Source: Camelus dromedarius
Lineage: Eukaryota
DNA length: 64,000 nt
Assembly: GCF_036321535.1 (NCBI RefSeq)
Contig: NC_087437.1
Coordinates: 27,096,001 to 27,160,000 of the forward strand
Direction: 5' to 3'
Shown here: piece by piece, positions 41,930-54,798 of the stretch
How the letters are laid out: each line of letters opens with the position of its first letter
Numbering within the stretch: the first letter of the stretch is position 1
Program-made: the position numbers and the translations under genes
The notes under the pieces: model-generated
What the model was told of the DNA's origin: nothing
The model's input: the letters and a program-made list of their open reading frames with translations, nothing else
Databases searched by the model: none

Positions 41930-42120
41930 CTTCTTTTTTTTTTTATTAAAGTATAATTGATTTACAGTATTGTGTTAATTTCTGGTGTACAGGAAAGTGA
42001 TTCAGTTATACATATGTGTATATATATACACATACTCTTTTTCATATTCTTTTCCATTATGGTTTATTACAGGATACTGAGTACAGTCCCCTGTGCTGTA
42101 CAGTAGGACCTTGTTGTTTA
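41930..42120 (-). mobile_element. Short L1 3' end with TSD
   Basis: TSD tcttcatttc on both sides; L1 tail tttacagtattgtgttaatttctggtgtacag. Confidence 0.85.
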
Positions 42121-43254
42121 GTCTTCATTTCCTGAATGCTCACTGGGGAACATCTAGCATGTTCCTCATCTGGGGAAGGGCCCCAAATATAAAAAGGAAT
42201 CAGACCCAGGCGTTGCTCTTGAGGCGACAGGACAGCTGAGCTGGCTTGGTGTATCCCGGGAGGATTTCTCCAGCATGTCTTTTAAGGGATGAGTGGGGAA
42301 TGATTTGCTGGAAGAAAGTGAAGGACTTTCTGGGCTGAGGGGATGGTTTGGGCAGAGACAGAGATGGTGAACACAGTAAGCTGGGGAACTGGGAGGTGCA
42401 GGGAGAATGGAGTGGGGGCAGGCTCCTCAGGCATATGAACAGAGGTGTCTGTCAAAATCCTTCTGGGTGCCGCCAGGCCCCAGAAGGTCAGAGAGGGCCC
42501 TGAGTGGCTGCTTCTTACATGTCTCCCACCTTCTGTACTAGGTGGCCCACCCGCCCTGGCTGAGGCTGCTGACCAGGGGTGGGTGCCAGCAGGGATGGAC
42601 GTGGGACAGGCCTGAGGCCTGAGTCCGCTGCGGGGGCCCCTGGGTAGCTGAGCCTCCTCCCCAGTGCACCCTGCACCCGTGCCCTGCTCCCGGGAGAGCC
42701 AGCAGGCGGCCAGCCTCCGGAACAGTTGGGAAGGCTCGGGAGGGTCCATCCTTCACCCTCCACGAGAACGCCCCAGAGCAGGCTGTGCAGCCTCCTGCTT
42801 GTGTGTGTCTCTGTTCTCTTTGCCGTGAAACACTCCAGCCATGGGGCAGTGGGTGTCTCTCCATTGAGCCCATCCGTTGTGGTCACCATGCAACTCCTGA
42901 CTCAGGGACAGGCCAGTGACTTTTAGAGTGGGGCAGATCGCTTGTGGCTGTCCAGTCAAGCAGACCCTTTCCTGGGGACTTTAAATAAAAGGACACCCAG
43001 AGAAGGCCCCAGACAGAAGCAATGAGGACGAGAGAAGGAGAGCAGAGGGAAGCGGGGTGCTGGTGGCAGGATGAGCAGAGAGCTTGTGACTGAGTCACAC
43101 GGATGCAGCAACACCGGGAACTGTGGGACAGTGAGGAACCCTGGAGGCCTTTCTGTTTCTGATCTACACGCCAGACTTCAGAAACCTGCTTGTGTGGCTG
43201 GACCTGTGCTCCCAGGAGCAAAAACAGACATGCCCACTTCCCTGTTCCCTTACA

Positions 43255-43480
43255 GATCCTGACACAGAGCTGTCTGGAGCTCCCCTGCCTGGTTTGAATG
43301 CTGGCTTCGCCCCCTACTGCTGTGTGAAGTTGGGTGAGTACTTGACCTTTCTGTTCCTCACTTTCCTCGTTTGTAAACCTGGCTGATACTGCGGTCCACA
43401 ACCTCACAGGGTTGTTGTGAGGACTGAGTGAGGTGATGGGTATGAAATGCAGAGAAGGGCCTGGCACATCTTAAGTGCTC
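43255..43480. mobile_element. MIR SINE
   Basis: ctggtttgaatgctggcttc...tttcctcgtttgtaaa...cagggttgttgtgagg. Confidence 0.8.
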
Positions 43481-45769
43481 TGTAACCACGTGGCAGTCTG
43501 GGTCTGGGCAGGACACCCAGTTGGGTAACTGAGGCTGGTGGACCACTTACAAAGGTGTGGTTACTGTGCAGGGACGCTAACAGGACGGTGGAGTACCCTG
43601 GGGCTGGTACTTGTAGGGCACCGGTTCCATTCCTGGGCCTGATGGGGCAAGGGGAGGGACAGTCACCAGCTACCCAGCAGTCTTGGGAGAGCATGGTGGG
43701 ACGGGGACTGTGAGCTACAGCCAAGAGGGCAGCCAGGCTGAACTGCCCTATGGGCAGGAGCAGAGGGGATACCCACCCCCAAACCCCTCTGCTCCTTCAC
43801 TCTGATCTCCTGCCCCTACCAGAGGCCAATCCGGTTGGAGGCCAAAGGGCAAAGCAGGTAGGTGGATGCAGAACCCAGAGGTCAGCCTGCCAGGGCCCAG
43901 AGCAGGTGGTGAAGGGTTGGGGGCAGAGGGGCAGCCCACCGAGCCTGTCCAGCACCAGGGCCGGCTAAAGTGGCTGTGGCTGTTGTGACAATAAATGTGT
44001 CACTTGAGGACTTGACTGAGCGCCCAGCTCACAAGCAGAGCCGCCCAGCACTGGGGAGAGAAATCAGAGTGCAGGTGTGAGGCGGGCAGGGTTGCCCCAT
44101 CTCAGAAAGCGCTGCGCTGTGACAGCTGCTCTCCCTCCCTCTCTGCTCGGCCCTGTGCAGGAGGACGGAGGCCTTTCCTGCTTCCATCCTGAGTGCCCAG
44201 CACAGCGCCAGATCTGGGTCACTGAGGACTCCCTTGGGCCGTAGTTGAAGGAACCCAGGAAAAGCATCAGGCCTTTTTATTTACACTGTAAGCTGTTTGA
44301 TTCACCCTGAAGCAATACAGAGGGATGAAGGCTCTCACAAGCCAATGTTTCACTGTGTTTATCTATGATAGCTTATTTTACCTACGCACAGAGTGCCCTT
44401 TGAGCCTCCCCAAGGGAAGATAAAAAAAAAAAAAGATAAAAAAGCAAAACTCATGTATGAGCCGTGGTGGTGGGATTTCTTTCTGCTCTGTGAGGTGCCC
44501 TCACAGCTAAAACTCCAGCGGACAGGAGCAGAAAAGCAGCTCTGGACTCAGAGTGCTGAGTCTTGGAGAGCTGGCTGCTGTGGGGAGGCGATTACCGAAG
44601 GGAAGATCCTGCGTTGGATGTATGTTTACATTTTACATGTGTGGGTGGGGGGACGGCGGGGGAGGAAGTCGAAGGCGTTCCCTGGTTTGGATCAGGGAGG
44701 AGGCCAGGCCCAGCCGAGGTTCCTCCCTGGGCAAGGCCTTCTTTACTCAGCTGTTGGGCTTCCCTGAGCTCACTGACTCGGTACAACACCCCTGCGATGT
44801 AGGTGTCGCCCCTGTGGTCCAGACAAGGACACTGGGGTTGTAAGTTCGCAAAGCCAGCGGTCATTAGCAATGTCTGCATCTGAGCGCAGGTGTCCACCTC
44901 CAGAGGCTGGGTTCTCCATCACAGAGTCGGTGTTTCTCAAAGTGTAGTCTTTCAGGCTGAATTTTTGCCACTTCTGTGTATCACCTGTATTATCATTTAC
45001 TTAATATTTTTTTGAAAATGTCTTTTTTGGTACTGTAAGCAATTCTGTTTGAAAAGGAAACTGTGTCACTACCATGAATAGAGAGCTAGACCACTGGCCA
45101 TAAATTTGGAATTCCTGGCTTCCAGCCTGGCTGACTCCAAATTCTAGGGCAGAATGATTTTGAATTATCTCCATCCCTTTCTATGAGTTGGCTGCTCTAA
45201 GAAGCCTCTCTCCCCTCTGTCTGGTCCCTAAGATCTGTAAAAGCTGATTTGAAATTGGATTGTGTGCTGGTAGCCAGTTAGGGTTTAGGCTTTCCAAAAA
45301 TAAATGTATCGCGCACACACACATGTAGTATAAATCTTACTGATGTCAGTGACCTCTAAAGTGAGTAACTTACAAATTAAAAATTTACAAATAAAAAACC
45401 CCAGTACTCTCTATGGTATATCCTATATAGCCAGTAGATTCCTTCAGAATGTTTTCCTTGCTTTTTGCTGAACTCTTCCATCTGCAGCCAACCTGTGGTT
45501 GAAACTGACGGATGAGTGTGTTAAGACGTGGATATTGGTTGATATCAGCAAGGTTAAAGTGATGCAACAAAGACATTTGTCAAAATTTCACTAGTCTGTC
45601 CATGGTCATCAGGGATGTGAGTGATTTCTTTGCTGAATTGGGTAAGAGTTTTTTAATCCTGGGAAAATATTTCCACTTTTTTGGTTCTGTTTGCAACGTA
45701 ATGGATCTCAGATGTGACACACTTTTAAATGAAGGCTGCACAATTAACTCTCTCAAGTCTAGACGACTG

Positions 45770-46150
45770 GACAATAAACCAAACCCCAGTTTGTAGCATT
45801 TGCTGATTTCTGTGGTGTAAATATTCCTACCAAGGGCTGTTTCAGATTACCCATGTCACGTCCCTGAGAGTGATACAGATTCGGGAAGAGAAACACAGTG
45901 CTTATCTTTCATGGTATTTCCACCCTGTGGATACAATAGACATAAGTAATAGTAACAGCCTAGATAGTAGCTAGATGTAGCAAAATAATTGGGAAGGTGT
46001 GAGTATTTAATTACTCTTGGTTTTAATGTAATTTATTTAATTATAAGTGCATATAACTTAATTTTTAAGAAAAGCTATGTTTATCAACTGGATTTCCCAA
46101 TTCCTGAAAAATTCGCTCACCGCTAGTACGTGCCAGCTCCAGTACACCAG
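45770..46150. mobile_element. hAT DNA transposon remnant (MER63-like)
   Basis: ccagtttgtagcatttgctgatttctgtggtgtaaatattcc...ccagctccagtacacca. Confidence 0.7.
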
Positions 46151-46299
46151 CAATTGTGACCTCAGTGGTTGCAGCCTTATTTTGGAACTAGAGAAGCTGC
46201 ATATGCATCGTGCACGGAGCTGGTGTCCAGAATAATTTCTGCTATTTTTAGATGTACACACTCCACTGTGCTCTACTGCAGTGGCGTGGTGGAGTTTGT

Positions 46300-46842
46300 T
46301 TCTTCCCTTACTTCTCTAACTTCCTATCCTGTACTTCCCTTCTTACTGACTCTACTCCCTAGATATTCCTTGAACACACCTGGTATGTCTACCCCAGGAC
46401 CTTGGCACTTGCTGTTTTCCATGCCTAGAATGTTCTTCTTCCAGATATCGGTGTGGTTCACTCCCTCACTGCTTTCAAATCTTTGCTCAAATGTCATGGT
46501 CTCAGTGAGGTTTCCCCGACCCACCTTATTTATAATGTCTCTGCTCTGTTTGCCTGCTGACCATCCCTCTTCCCTGCTTCATTTTGTCTCCATAGCATCA
46601 ATTGCTTTCAGTGTATTACACTGTATAAAATCCTCCTACTTATTTTATTGCCTGTTTTCGTCCATCCAGACTGTAAGCAACTCAAAGGCTAGATTTTTTG
46701 CATGTTTTGCTGGATCCTCTGTATAGAACTGTACTGGCACAGGGTAGGTGGTCAGTGTATATTTGTTGAGTAAATAAATAATTGAACAGTGGCTGTCCAG
46801 TAAATATGTACTGCATATAACAGATGAATGAATGAATGAATG
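46300..46842 (+). mobile_element. L2 3' end
   Basis: ccttgaacacacc...agactgtaagc...atatttgttgagt; (gaat)n tail. Confidence 0.8.
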
Positions 46843-46930
46843 TTGCCTCAAGTTCTGGAGGCACCAGATCACCTGCAGGGAATATATGTGTGTGTGTATA
46901 TGTATATGTATATATAATCTCAGCTTTATT

Positions 46931-48436
46931 TTTTAAAATTTAAAATTTACTTTTATTGAAATATAGTTGATTTACAATATTGTGTTAGTTTCAGGTTTAT
47001 AGCAAAATGATTCAGTTATATATATATATATTTTTTTCAGATTCTTTCTATTGTCGGTTATTACAAGATACTGAATATAGTTCCCTGTGCTATGCAGTAA
47101 ATCCTTGTGTATCTATTTTATATATAGTAATGTGTACCTGTTAACCCCATACTCCTAATTTATTCCTCCACTTCTCCTTTCCTCTCTGGTAAGCATGAGT
47201 TTGTTTTCTATATCTGTGAGTCTCTGTTTTCTAAGTAAGTTCATTTGTGTTATTTTTTAGAATCCACATATAACTGATGTATAATTGTCTTTGTCTGATT
47301 TACTTCACTTAGTATGATAATCTCTAGGTCCATCCATGTTGCTGCAAATGGCAGTATTTCATTCTTTTTTATGGCTGAATAACATCCCATTGTGTGTATA
47401 TATAGATATCTATATATATCACATCTTCTTTATCCATTCATTTGTTGATGGACACTTAGGTTGCTTCCATGTCTTGGCTGTTGTGAACAGTGCTGCTATG
47501 AACATTGGGATGCATGTGTCTTTTTAAAAATTTTTTTATATACTTTTCTCTTTTTAATTTTTTTAATGATTTTTTTTTGTGGGGGGAGGCAATTAGGTTT
47601 ATTTATTTGTTTTAATGGAGGTACTAGGGATTGAACCCAGGACCTTGTGCATGCTAGCCATGCACTCTACCACTGAGCTATACCCTCCTCCTGCATGTAT
47701 CTTTTTGAGTTTTTGTTTTTGTCCAGACGGATGCCAGGAGTGGGATTGCTGGAGCATATGGTAACTCTATTTTTAGTTTTTTGAAGAACCTTCATACTGT
47801 CCTCCATAGTGGCTGCACCTAATTACATTCCCACACCAACAGTGTAGGAAGGTTCCCTTTGCTCCACACCCCTTCTAACATTTATTATTTGTAGACTTTT
47901 TGATGATGGCCATTCTGACCAGTGTGAGGTGATAGACCTTGTAGTTTTGATTTACATTTCTCTAATAATTAGCAGTGTTGAGTATTTCATGTGTCTGTTT
48001 GCCATCTGTATGTTCTCTTTGGAGAAATGTCTATTTAGGTCTTCTGCCCAGTTTTTTGATTGGTTGTTTGTTTGTTTGTTTTTGGTATTGAATTGTATCA
48101 GCTGTTTGTATATTTTGGAAATTAATCCCTTGTTGGTTGTATTGTTTGAAAGTATTTTCTGCCATTCCATAGGTTGTCTTTTTGTTTTGTTTATGGTTTT
48201 CTTAACTGTGCAAAAGCTTTTAAGTTTGATTAGTTCCTATTTGTTTATTACTACTTTTATTTTGCCTTAGGAGACTGATCTAAGAAAATATTCCTGTGAT
48301 TTATGTCAGAATGCTTTGCCTATATTCTTCTCTAGGAATTTTATGGTATCATGTCTTATATTTAAGTCTTAAGCCATTTTGAGTTTATTTTTGTGTATGG
48401 CGTCAGGGACTGTTCTAGCTTCATTGATTTACATCA
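46931..48436 (-). mobile_element. L1 3' fragment (~1.5 kb) interrupted by a SINE
   Basis: Minus ORF 47952-48170 (EWQKILSN...[22 protein letters not shown]) is the L1 ORF2 C-terminus. Confidence 0.92.
47525..47691 (-). mobile_element. Camelid tRNA-derived SINE nested in L1
   Basis: TSD tgcatgtgtctttt / tgcatgtatctttt. Confidence 0.9.
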
Positions 48437-48439
48437 TAT

Positions 48440-49700
48440 ATAGCAGCTCTATTGAGATATAACTCATACCATAAAATTTACCCACTTGAAGTATACAATT
48501 CAGTGGTTTTTAGTGTATTCAGAGTTGTGCAGTCATCACTAATATCAATTTTAGAACATTTTCATCAGTCCAAAAAGAGCCCCATGCCCACTAGCAGTCA
48601 CTCTCCCTTGCCCCCTAGATCCCCCATCCCTAGGCAACCATTACTATACTTTATGTCTCTACAGATTTGCCTATTCTGTAAAGTTCATATAAATGGCATT
48701 ACACAATATGTGACCTTTTATATCTGTCGTCTTTTACTTAGTATAATGTTTTCAAGGCTCATCTATGTTATGGCATGCGTTGCTATTTTACTTCTTTATA
48801 TTGATGAATAATATTCCGTTACATGGATGTACCACATTTTATTTATTCATTCATCAGTTGGTGTACATTGGGTTGGTTCTGTTTTCTGGCTGTAACGAAT
48901 AATGCTACTATGAACATTCATGTACAAGTCTTTGTGTGGGTATATGTTTTCATTTCTCTTGAGTATATACTTAGGAATAGAATTGTTGGGTCATATGATA
49001 CCCTATGTGTAATATTTTGGAGAACTGCCAACCAGCAATGTATGAGATTTCCAATTTCTTCACCAATCCTCATCAATACTCATCAATGCTTATTAGTATC
49101 TGTTCTTTTTTATTATTGCTGTCTTAGGAGGTATGAAATAATATCTTTCTGTGAATTTGATTTGCATTTCTTTGATGGCTAATGAGTTCATGTACTTATT
49201 GGCCATTTGTATATCTTCTTTGGAGAAATGCCTGTTCAGGTCCTTTGCCCATTTTAATATTTGGGTTGTCTTTTTGTTGAGTTGTAAGAATTCTTTACAT
49301 ATTTTGCATACTAGACCCTTGTTAGACGTATGATTTGCAAAAAATTTTGTGGGCTCTGTTTCACTCTCTTGATGGTGTTCTTTGACGCACACACATTTAA
49401 AATTTTGATGAAGTCCAATTTACTTTAATTTTCTTTTGTTGCTTATACCTTGCTGTCATATCTAAGATAATCACCTAACCCAAGGTCGTAAAGATTTATG
49501 GCTAGGTTTTCTTCTAAGAGTTTTATAGTTACAGCTTTTATATTTAGGTCTTTGATCCATTTTGAGTTAACTTTCATACATAGTGTGAGGTAGTGATCCA
49601 ACTTCATTCTTTTGCATGTAAATACCCAGTTGTCCTAGCACTGTTTGTTGAAAGGCTATTTTTCCCCCCATTGAATTGTCTTGGAACCTTTGTCTAAAAC
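48440..49700 (-). mobile_element. Older L1 (L1MB-like) 3' fragment
   Basis: Minus ORF 49093-49392 ([22 protein letters not shown]). Confidence 0.9.
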
Positions 49701-49867
49701 AGTGGGAGATTTTAAATCAGATTTGTGTGATTAGATTTGCTTCTTGCTGATTTATGTCAGTGGAAGCATTGAGAAGTCTAGTTAAAGTCGATTTAGGTAT
49801 AAGGTAGGAAATCCATTTAGACTGGTTCAAGAATAAAGGAAATTCTCCTAAAGCTTAGAATGTGATT

Positions 49868-50495
49868 TTTAAAAAATTGAAGTATAATTACATATAGCAT
49901 TGTATTAGTTTTGGGTATACAGTGTAGTGTTTTGATATTTTTGTATATTGCAAAATGATCACCACAATAAGTCTAGTTAAAATCCATCACCATACGTGAT
50001 TACAGAAATTTTTTTTTCTTCTGAAGAGTACTTTTAAGATTTACTCTTAGTGACTTTCAAACATGCAGTAGTGTTGTTAACTATAGTCACTATGTTGTAC
50101 GTTATATCCCATGACTTATTTTGTAACTACAAGTCTGTACCTTTTGACCCCTTCACCCATTCTGCCCACCCTCAGCCCCTGCCTCTGGCAACCATCAATC
50201 TGTTCTCTGTATCTATGAGCTTGTTGTTTTTGTTTTTAGATTTCACATAAGTGAGATCATATATTTGTCTTTCTCCACCTGACTTATTTCAGTTAGCATA
50301 ATGCCCTCAAGGTCCATCCAGGTTGTTGCAAATAGCAAGATTTCATTGTTTTTATGGCTGAATTATATTTCACTGTGTGTGTGTGCACACACATGCATGC
50401 ATGTGTATGATGTTTTCTTTATCCATTGATCCGTTGAGGGACATTTAGGTTGTTTCCATGTCTTGGCTGTTATAAATAATGCTGCAATAAACATT
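49868..50495 (-). mobile_element. L1 (L1MA-like) 3' end
   Basis: atgatcaccacaataagtctagtt...ttaactatagtcac...gacatttaggttgtttccatgtcttggc. Confidence 0.85.
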
Positions 50496-50718
50496 AGACT
50501 GTGATCTTGAATCATTATTTTCCTCTAAAAGAAACCAAGGTTCCTTGGAAACATGGTCGATTCTAGGTTGAAGGCAGGAAAAGCCTAGAACATCAAAAGG
50601 ACCCAGGAAGCAAGCTGAATAAGCATTCACCAGGCCAACGTGGAATGGTATGATTATCAGTAAGGATAATAACTGGATTGAAATACATTAAAAAGTTTAA
50701 ATCCATGGTTCATAATGA

Positions 50719-51064
50719 TTTTTTTTGTATATATGTTTTTATTGACGTATAGTCAGTTTACAATGTTGTGTCAGTTTCTGGTGTACAGCATAATGCTTCA
50801 GTCATACATGAACATACATATATTCCTTTTCATCCTTTTACTATAAGTTACTACAAGATATTGAATATAGTTCCCTGTGCTATACAGTATGAACTTGTTG
50901 TTTATCAGATTTTGTGACAATCCTCCTATACTTTGAAGTGAGAGACACTTAGCCAGAATTCAGTGGGTGTTCTGTCTATTCAGTGGGTTTGTAGATGTAA
51001 TTCTTGGTGTATTTGTGGGAGAGGATGAGCTGTGAGTCTCTACTCCGCCATCTTGGCTTCTCCC
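50719..51064 (-). mobile_element. Bipartite, ORF-less mini-L1 (159-nt 5' end joined to 187-nt 3' end) with TSD
   Basis: Minus strand starts GGGAGAAGCCAAGATGGCGGAGTAG; junction at 50906|50905 into ATAAACAACAAG...; AATAAA plus A tail; TSD cataatga at 50711-50718 and 51065-51072. Confidence 0.85.
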
Positions 51065-51937
51065 CATAATGACGTGTTAAAAAATGTTTCTTCACTGGTT
51101 AATTTTGGAGGATGCCAAGAAATTACTTCATTATTTTGTAAATTGACAAAGGAAAATAATCAAGTATTTATCTTAAGTGCCCCTTAGTGTAACCAAATAG
51201 TTGGAGAGGAAAGTTTCTTACTATAGAAGTTTTCTAGCTAATGAAGAAGGAATAATAGATTTGGATTATCATTCTATAATCCCAAATAAATGAATATGGG
51301 CCATCAGTGGCTGATAATATCACCAAAATAGAGAAACAGAGAGGGAGAAAGAGAAAGAGCGATTATTCTGCCCTTCCTGTTGTGGAAGTGCAAAATACCC
51401 CTACCACCTATGAAGCAGGCTTGTTAAAAAATAGGAAAAAAATTTCAGTATGAATCCGATCAAGCCTCCTGTCCTAACTACTAATTGAAAGGAAATACAG
51501 GGTGCAGAGGACTGTGTTAAATGATATCCTGGGGATGTGATGGAACACTACAAAACTATGCTGTAGGAAACCTGGGTCTTAAATAAGTAATTTCATGGAA
51601 AGAAGAGAGGTGGAGGGAGAATCTATAGATTAAAAGAGATGTAACCATGTTGTCAGCAGCAGTGTAAGGATCTTCCATGGATCCCAGTTCAAAGAAAGGA
51701 TCCCAATTCAGACAAGCAGAGTATACATCAGCCTCAGAAACATGAACACTCACTGGCTATTTGATTATATTAAGGAGTTAAAACATTACTAATTTGTATA
51801 GGTGTGGTAACATTATTGTCATATACTTTAAAGTCATTGCCATATACTTTAAAGTCCTGATCGTTAGATATTCTATACTGAAATATATATAGAGTTGAAA
51901 TGATATAATGCCTGGGATTCGATTTAAAAAATCCATG

Positions 51938-52095
51938 TAGAGAGGAGGGTATAGCTCGGTGGTACGGTGTGTGTTTAGCATGCACAAGGTCTTTGGTTCA
52001 GTCCCCAGCACCTCCATTAAAAAAAAAAATCCTAATTACCTCCCCTCCCCCCCCAAATTAAATAAAAATAAGAGTAATTTGCTTAAAAATTTTTT
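51938..52095 (+). mobile_element. Camelid tRNA-derived SINE (vic-1-like)
   Basis: gagggtatagctcggtggtacggtgtgtgtttagcatgcacaagg...; TSD-like aaaaaatcca on both sides. Confidence 0.85.
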
Positions 52096-53094
52096 CAAAA
52101 AATCCACATGTGGACATCAGTGAGGGCATAGATGAAGCAATATTGGCCAAGAGTTGATAATTGTTAAAGTTGGTGACAGTACGTCACATTCATTATTCAC
52201 CCTTCCTTCTTTTGAAAATGTACATTAAATTTTTTTTTTTTAAAAAATGGGTCCCTCTGCTTCTCGGGGCCTCTTGCTCCCACGTCTCTGTTTCCCTGGC
52301 TCCTGCCTGTTCCCTCAAGATTCACAGCCCCGAATGGGATCCCAGGGCTGTGCAGGTCCGGGGCTCACCACTGTCTCCCACCCTGTTGAGAATCTGGCTA
52401 GTGGCTGCTCGGCCAGTGAATGGGCCTTGGATCGGGTCATATTAGCCGTGGTCCACTTTGTGAGTTTGTGGTGTGTGTGAATGATTGGGGGTTTGAATAG
52501 AGTTTTTCAGGAACAGTGAGCCAGGCAGATTCTCCAGAAGGAGTAGTAGGTTTAACTGTGGGCATGGTTGGCCGTGAAACTTAGCTAGTGTGGAGACAGA
52601 TTCGAGAAAGGGAGGGATTGGAATTAGCAGACCTGACAGGACACTGCTGAACTCAACAAATATTCATGAGGCGTCTTCTAGGTGTGTGGCCTCAGGTTAG
52701 GCCCTGAGGATGTGGGGCTAAAGGACGAGAAATGGAAGACCATGCAGAGAGGGTGGAGAGGTGGGCAAGGCTGGATGTAGGCACTGAGTGGATTGGGGTT
52801 GGTCAGGGAGAGGCCGGCCTTTCTCTTTGCACATCCTCCCAAAAGCGTCAGCCCTGCAAAATCCTGTCCAACTCTCGAGGCCCCTTGCACACACTGCCTC
52901 CTCCAAGAAGAATTTTCTGACCCCCCCACTTTTGGACTCTGTAGCAATTTGTATTCTCTAAATTTGCTTTGTAATGATAATTTATGTAGTTGTATATTTT
53001 GTGTTACTGTAATTTGCTTCTTCGTCTTAAGATTTCAGACTTCTGTTCGACTGCAGAGTTCATAACCAAGCCACACTGGCAGGCAGGCAGGACT

Positions 53095-53295
53095 GTTGGA
53101 AGGGCCACACTCCTGGGTTTGAATCCAATTTTCACTCCTTGCAAGCTGTGTGATTTGAGCAAGTTCCTTAGCCTCCCTGAGCCCCCCTTTCTTTATTTGT
53201 TAATGGGAATGAAAAGCATTTTGTGAGGATTAAATTCCATCAAAGATGTAGAAGCACAGGACCGAGCACATAGCAAATGATTGATGTGTATTGAA
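53095..53295. mobile_element. MIR SINE
   Basis: ctgggtttgaatcc...gctgtgtgatttgagcaagttccttagcctc. Confidence 0.8.
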
Positions 53296-53899
53296 TGAAG
53301 AAAAACAAGTTAGGCCTTGAAGGATGAGTGGCATTAGCATAGCTGCAAAGATGAGGCAGATAAGGGAAAGAAAAGTGCACCTCCAGTGGTATGCCCTCCC
53401 TCCAGGCCCTCAGGGGACAGGTGAGACGGTGGGTTGCCTCAGCAGAGGGACAGCAAGCGTGTCACACTCTGGACGGGACATGTCTTCACGTTGTCAGCAG
53501 AAGCCACTGTAATTCTAGCACTTGGGTGGCCCCACGCACTTGTCTGATGTAATGGAAACTCTGCCTCCTGAGTGGCAGACTGCCCCTATCACTGTCCCAG
53601 AACCAAAGTCAGTAAGGAGAGCAGCACGTGGGGCTCGGATCCCAGGGAGGTGGAGTCAGACAGTCTTCCCCCAGTGTTCAACAGCTGACTCGTCTGTTTG
53701 ACTTGAACCCAGTATTTTCCTGAGGGGTTTGTGACACCACGTCTCGGATTTCTCCCCACTTTGACAGCCACTCCTTGAAGTCTCATTTCCAGGGCTCTGG
53801 TTCCTCACGTCACCTCTATAAGGTTGGCAGTCTGGGGACAGGGGCCTTAGTCTCTCTCTCTTTTCCATCCATATTATTACCCCGGGTCCTCCCACCCCT

Positions 53900-54798
53900 A
53901 CCCCACAGCTTAAGTGCATACAGATGGTGATGGCCCCCAAATGGTACCTCCAGCCTGGGCTCCCTTAGAGCTCCAGACTCAAACAATGGTCTGGCTGCTG
54001 CCTTCAGCCCTGTGTCTCCCTGGGTTTCTCCCCTGAACTGGCTCTTTGCTTTGTCTCTAGTTACTCGGGGTAAAAACCCGAGAGTGATCACCTTTGGTCC
54101 TTCCCTGTTCCTTATTCCTAGAACCACCATTCCACCCTACCTCCCCGTCCAGTCCTTTAGCACCTCCTGTGAACTCTACCTTTACAACATAGCCCCCATC
54201 TGCCCACTTCTCTTTGGCCCTCCCTTCCTTGTCCAAGCCATAATCATGTTTCTCGTGGACTAAGGCACAGCTTCCTAAATGCTCCCATTCCTGCCCGCTG
54301 CACTCTTGTCTCTTCGCTGAGCAGCTAGATCAGGTTTAAAAATCTAAATCAGGTCGTTTACACTCCTTAAAATTCTCCAGTGGCTTCCTCTCGTACCTGG
54401 GAAGAAATCCAACCTCTTTGCTTTGGCCTCCAGGGGCAAGGATCTAGCTCCCTACTGACCTCCCTCAAACCATCTCCCCACGTCTATCGTGCTCTGGCCA
54501 CGCTGGCTGGTCTTGCCTCTGGCCTTCTGCACCGGCCCTTCTCTTCTTGCTGCGATGCTTCTCTCCAGGTGGCTTAGCATTCACTTGCATTCCTCAGACT
54601 TCTCTGGCCAGTCAGTCTAAAGCAGCCATCCCACTCCTGGTCTCTGCAGAGCACTTCTGATATTTTCTTGTTTGTTTCCTTGTCTGCTGTTTGTCTCCCC
54701 CGGCTGCATGGACGTTCCACGAGGACAGGCACGAAGGCTGGTTTTGTGCACTGCTTTGGCCTCAACACCCAGCATGGGGCCCAGCAAACGTTGGGTGC
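53900..54798 (+). mobile_element. L2 fragment (tail resumes near 55245)
   Basis: gagctccagactc...aaatctaaatcaggtc...ctccagtggcttcc...; tail gtaaatgtttgttgaatgaatg after the LTR insertion. Confidence 0.75.

Larger units (their letters stand above)
50500..52230 (+). mobile_element. Old L1MC-like 3' UTR hosting later insertions
   Basis: aaagaaaccaaggttccttgg...gattggatgaagc-type tail (gatgaagcaatattggccaagagttgataattgttaaagttgg). Confidence 0.65.

Noticed and set aside
42282..44897. Cluster of 100-190 aa ORFs in GC-rich intergenic DNA
   Set aside because: Overlapping in many frames, partly within MIR/LTR remnants, and no coherent exon structure or homology; expected by chance at high GC.
45385..45796. 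Short ORFs next to the MER63-like element
   Set aside because: At most degraded transposon-internal sequence; no intact domain.
47929..49392. ORFs with L1 ORF2 similarity (also 1673-1957, 3658-3915, 59408-59614)
   Set aside because: Truncated, frameshifted L1 remnants, not functional genes.
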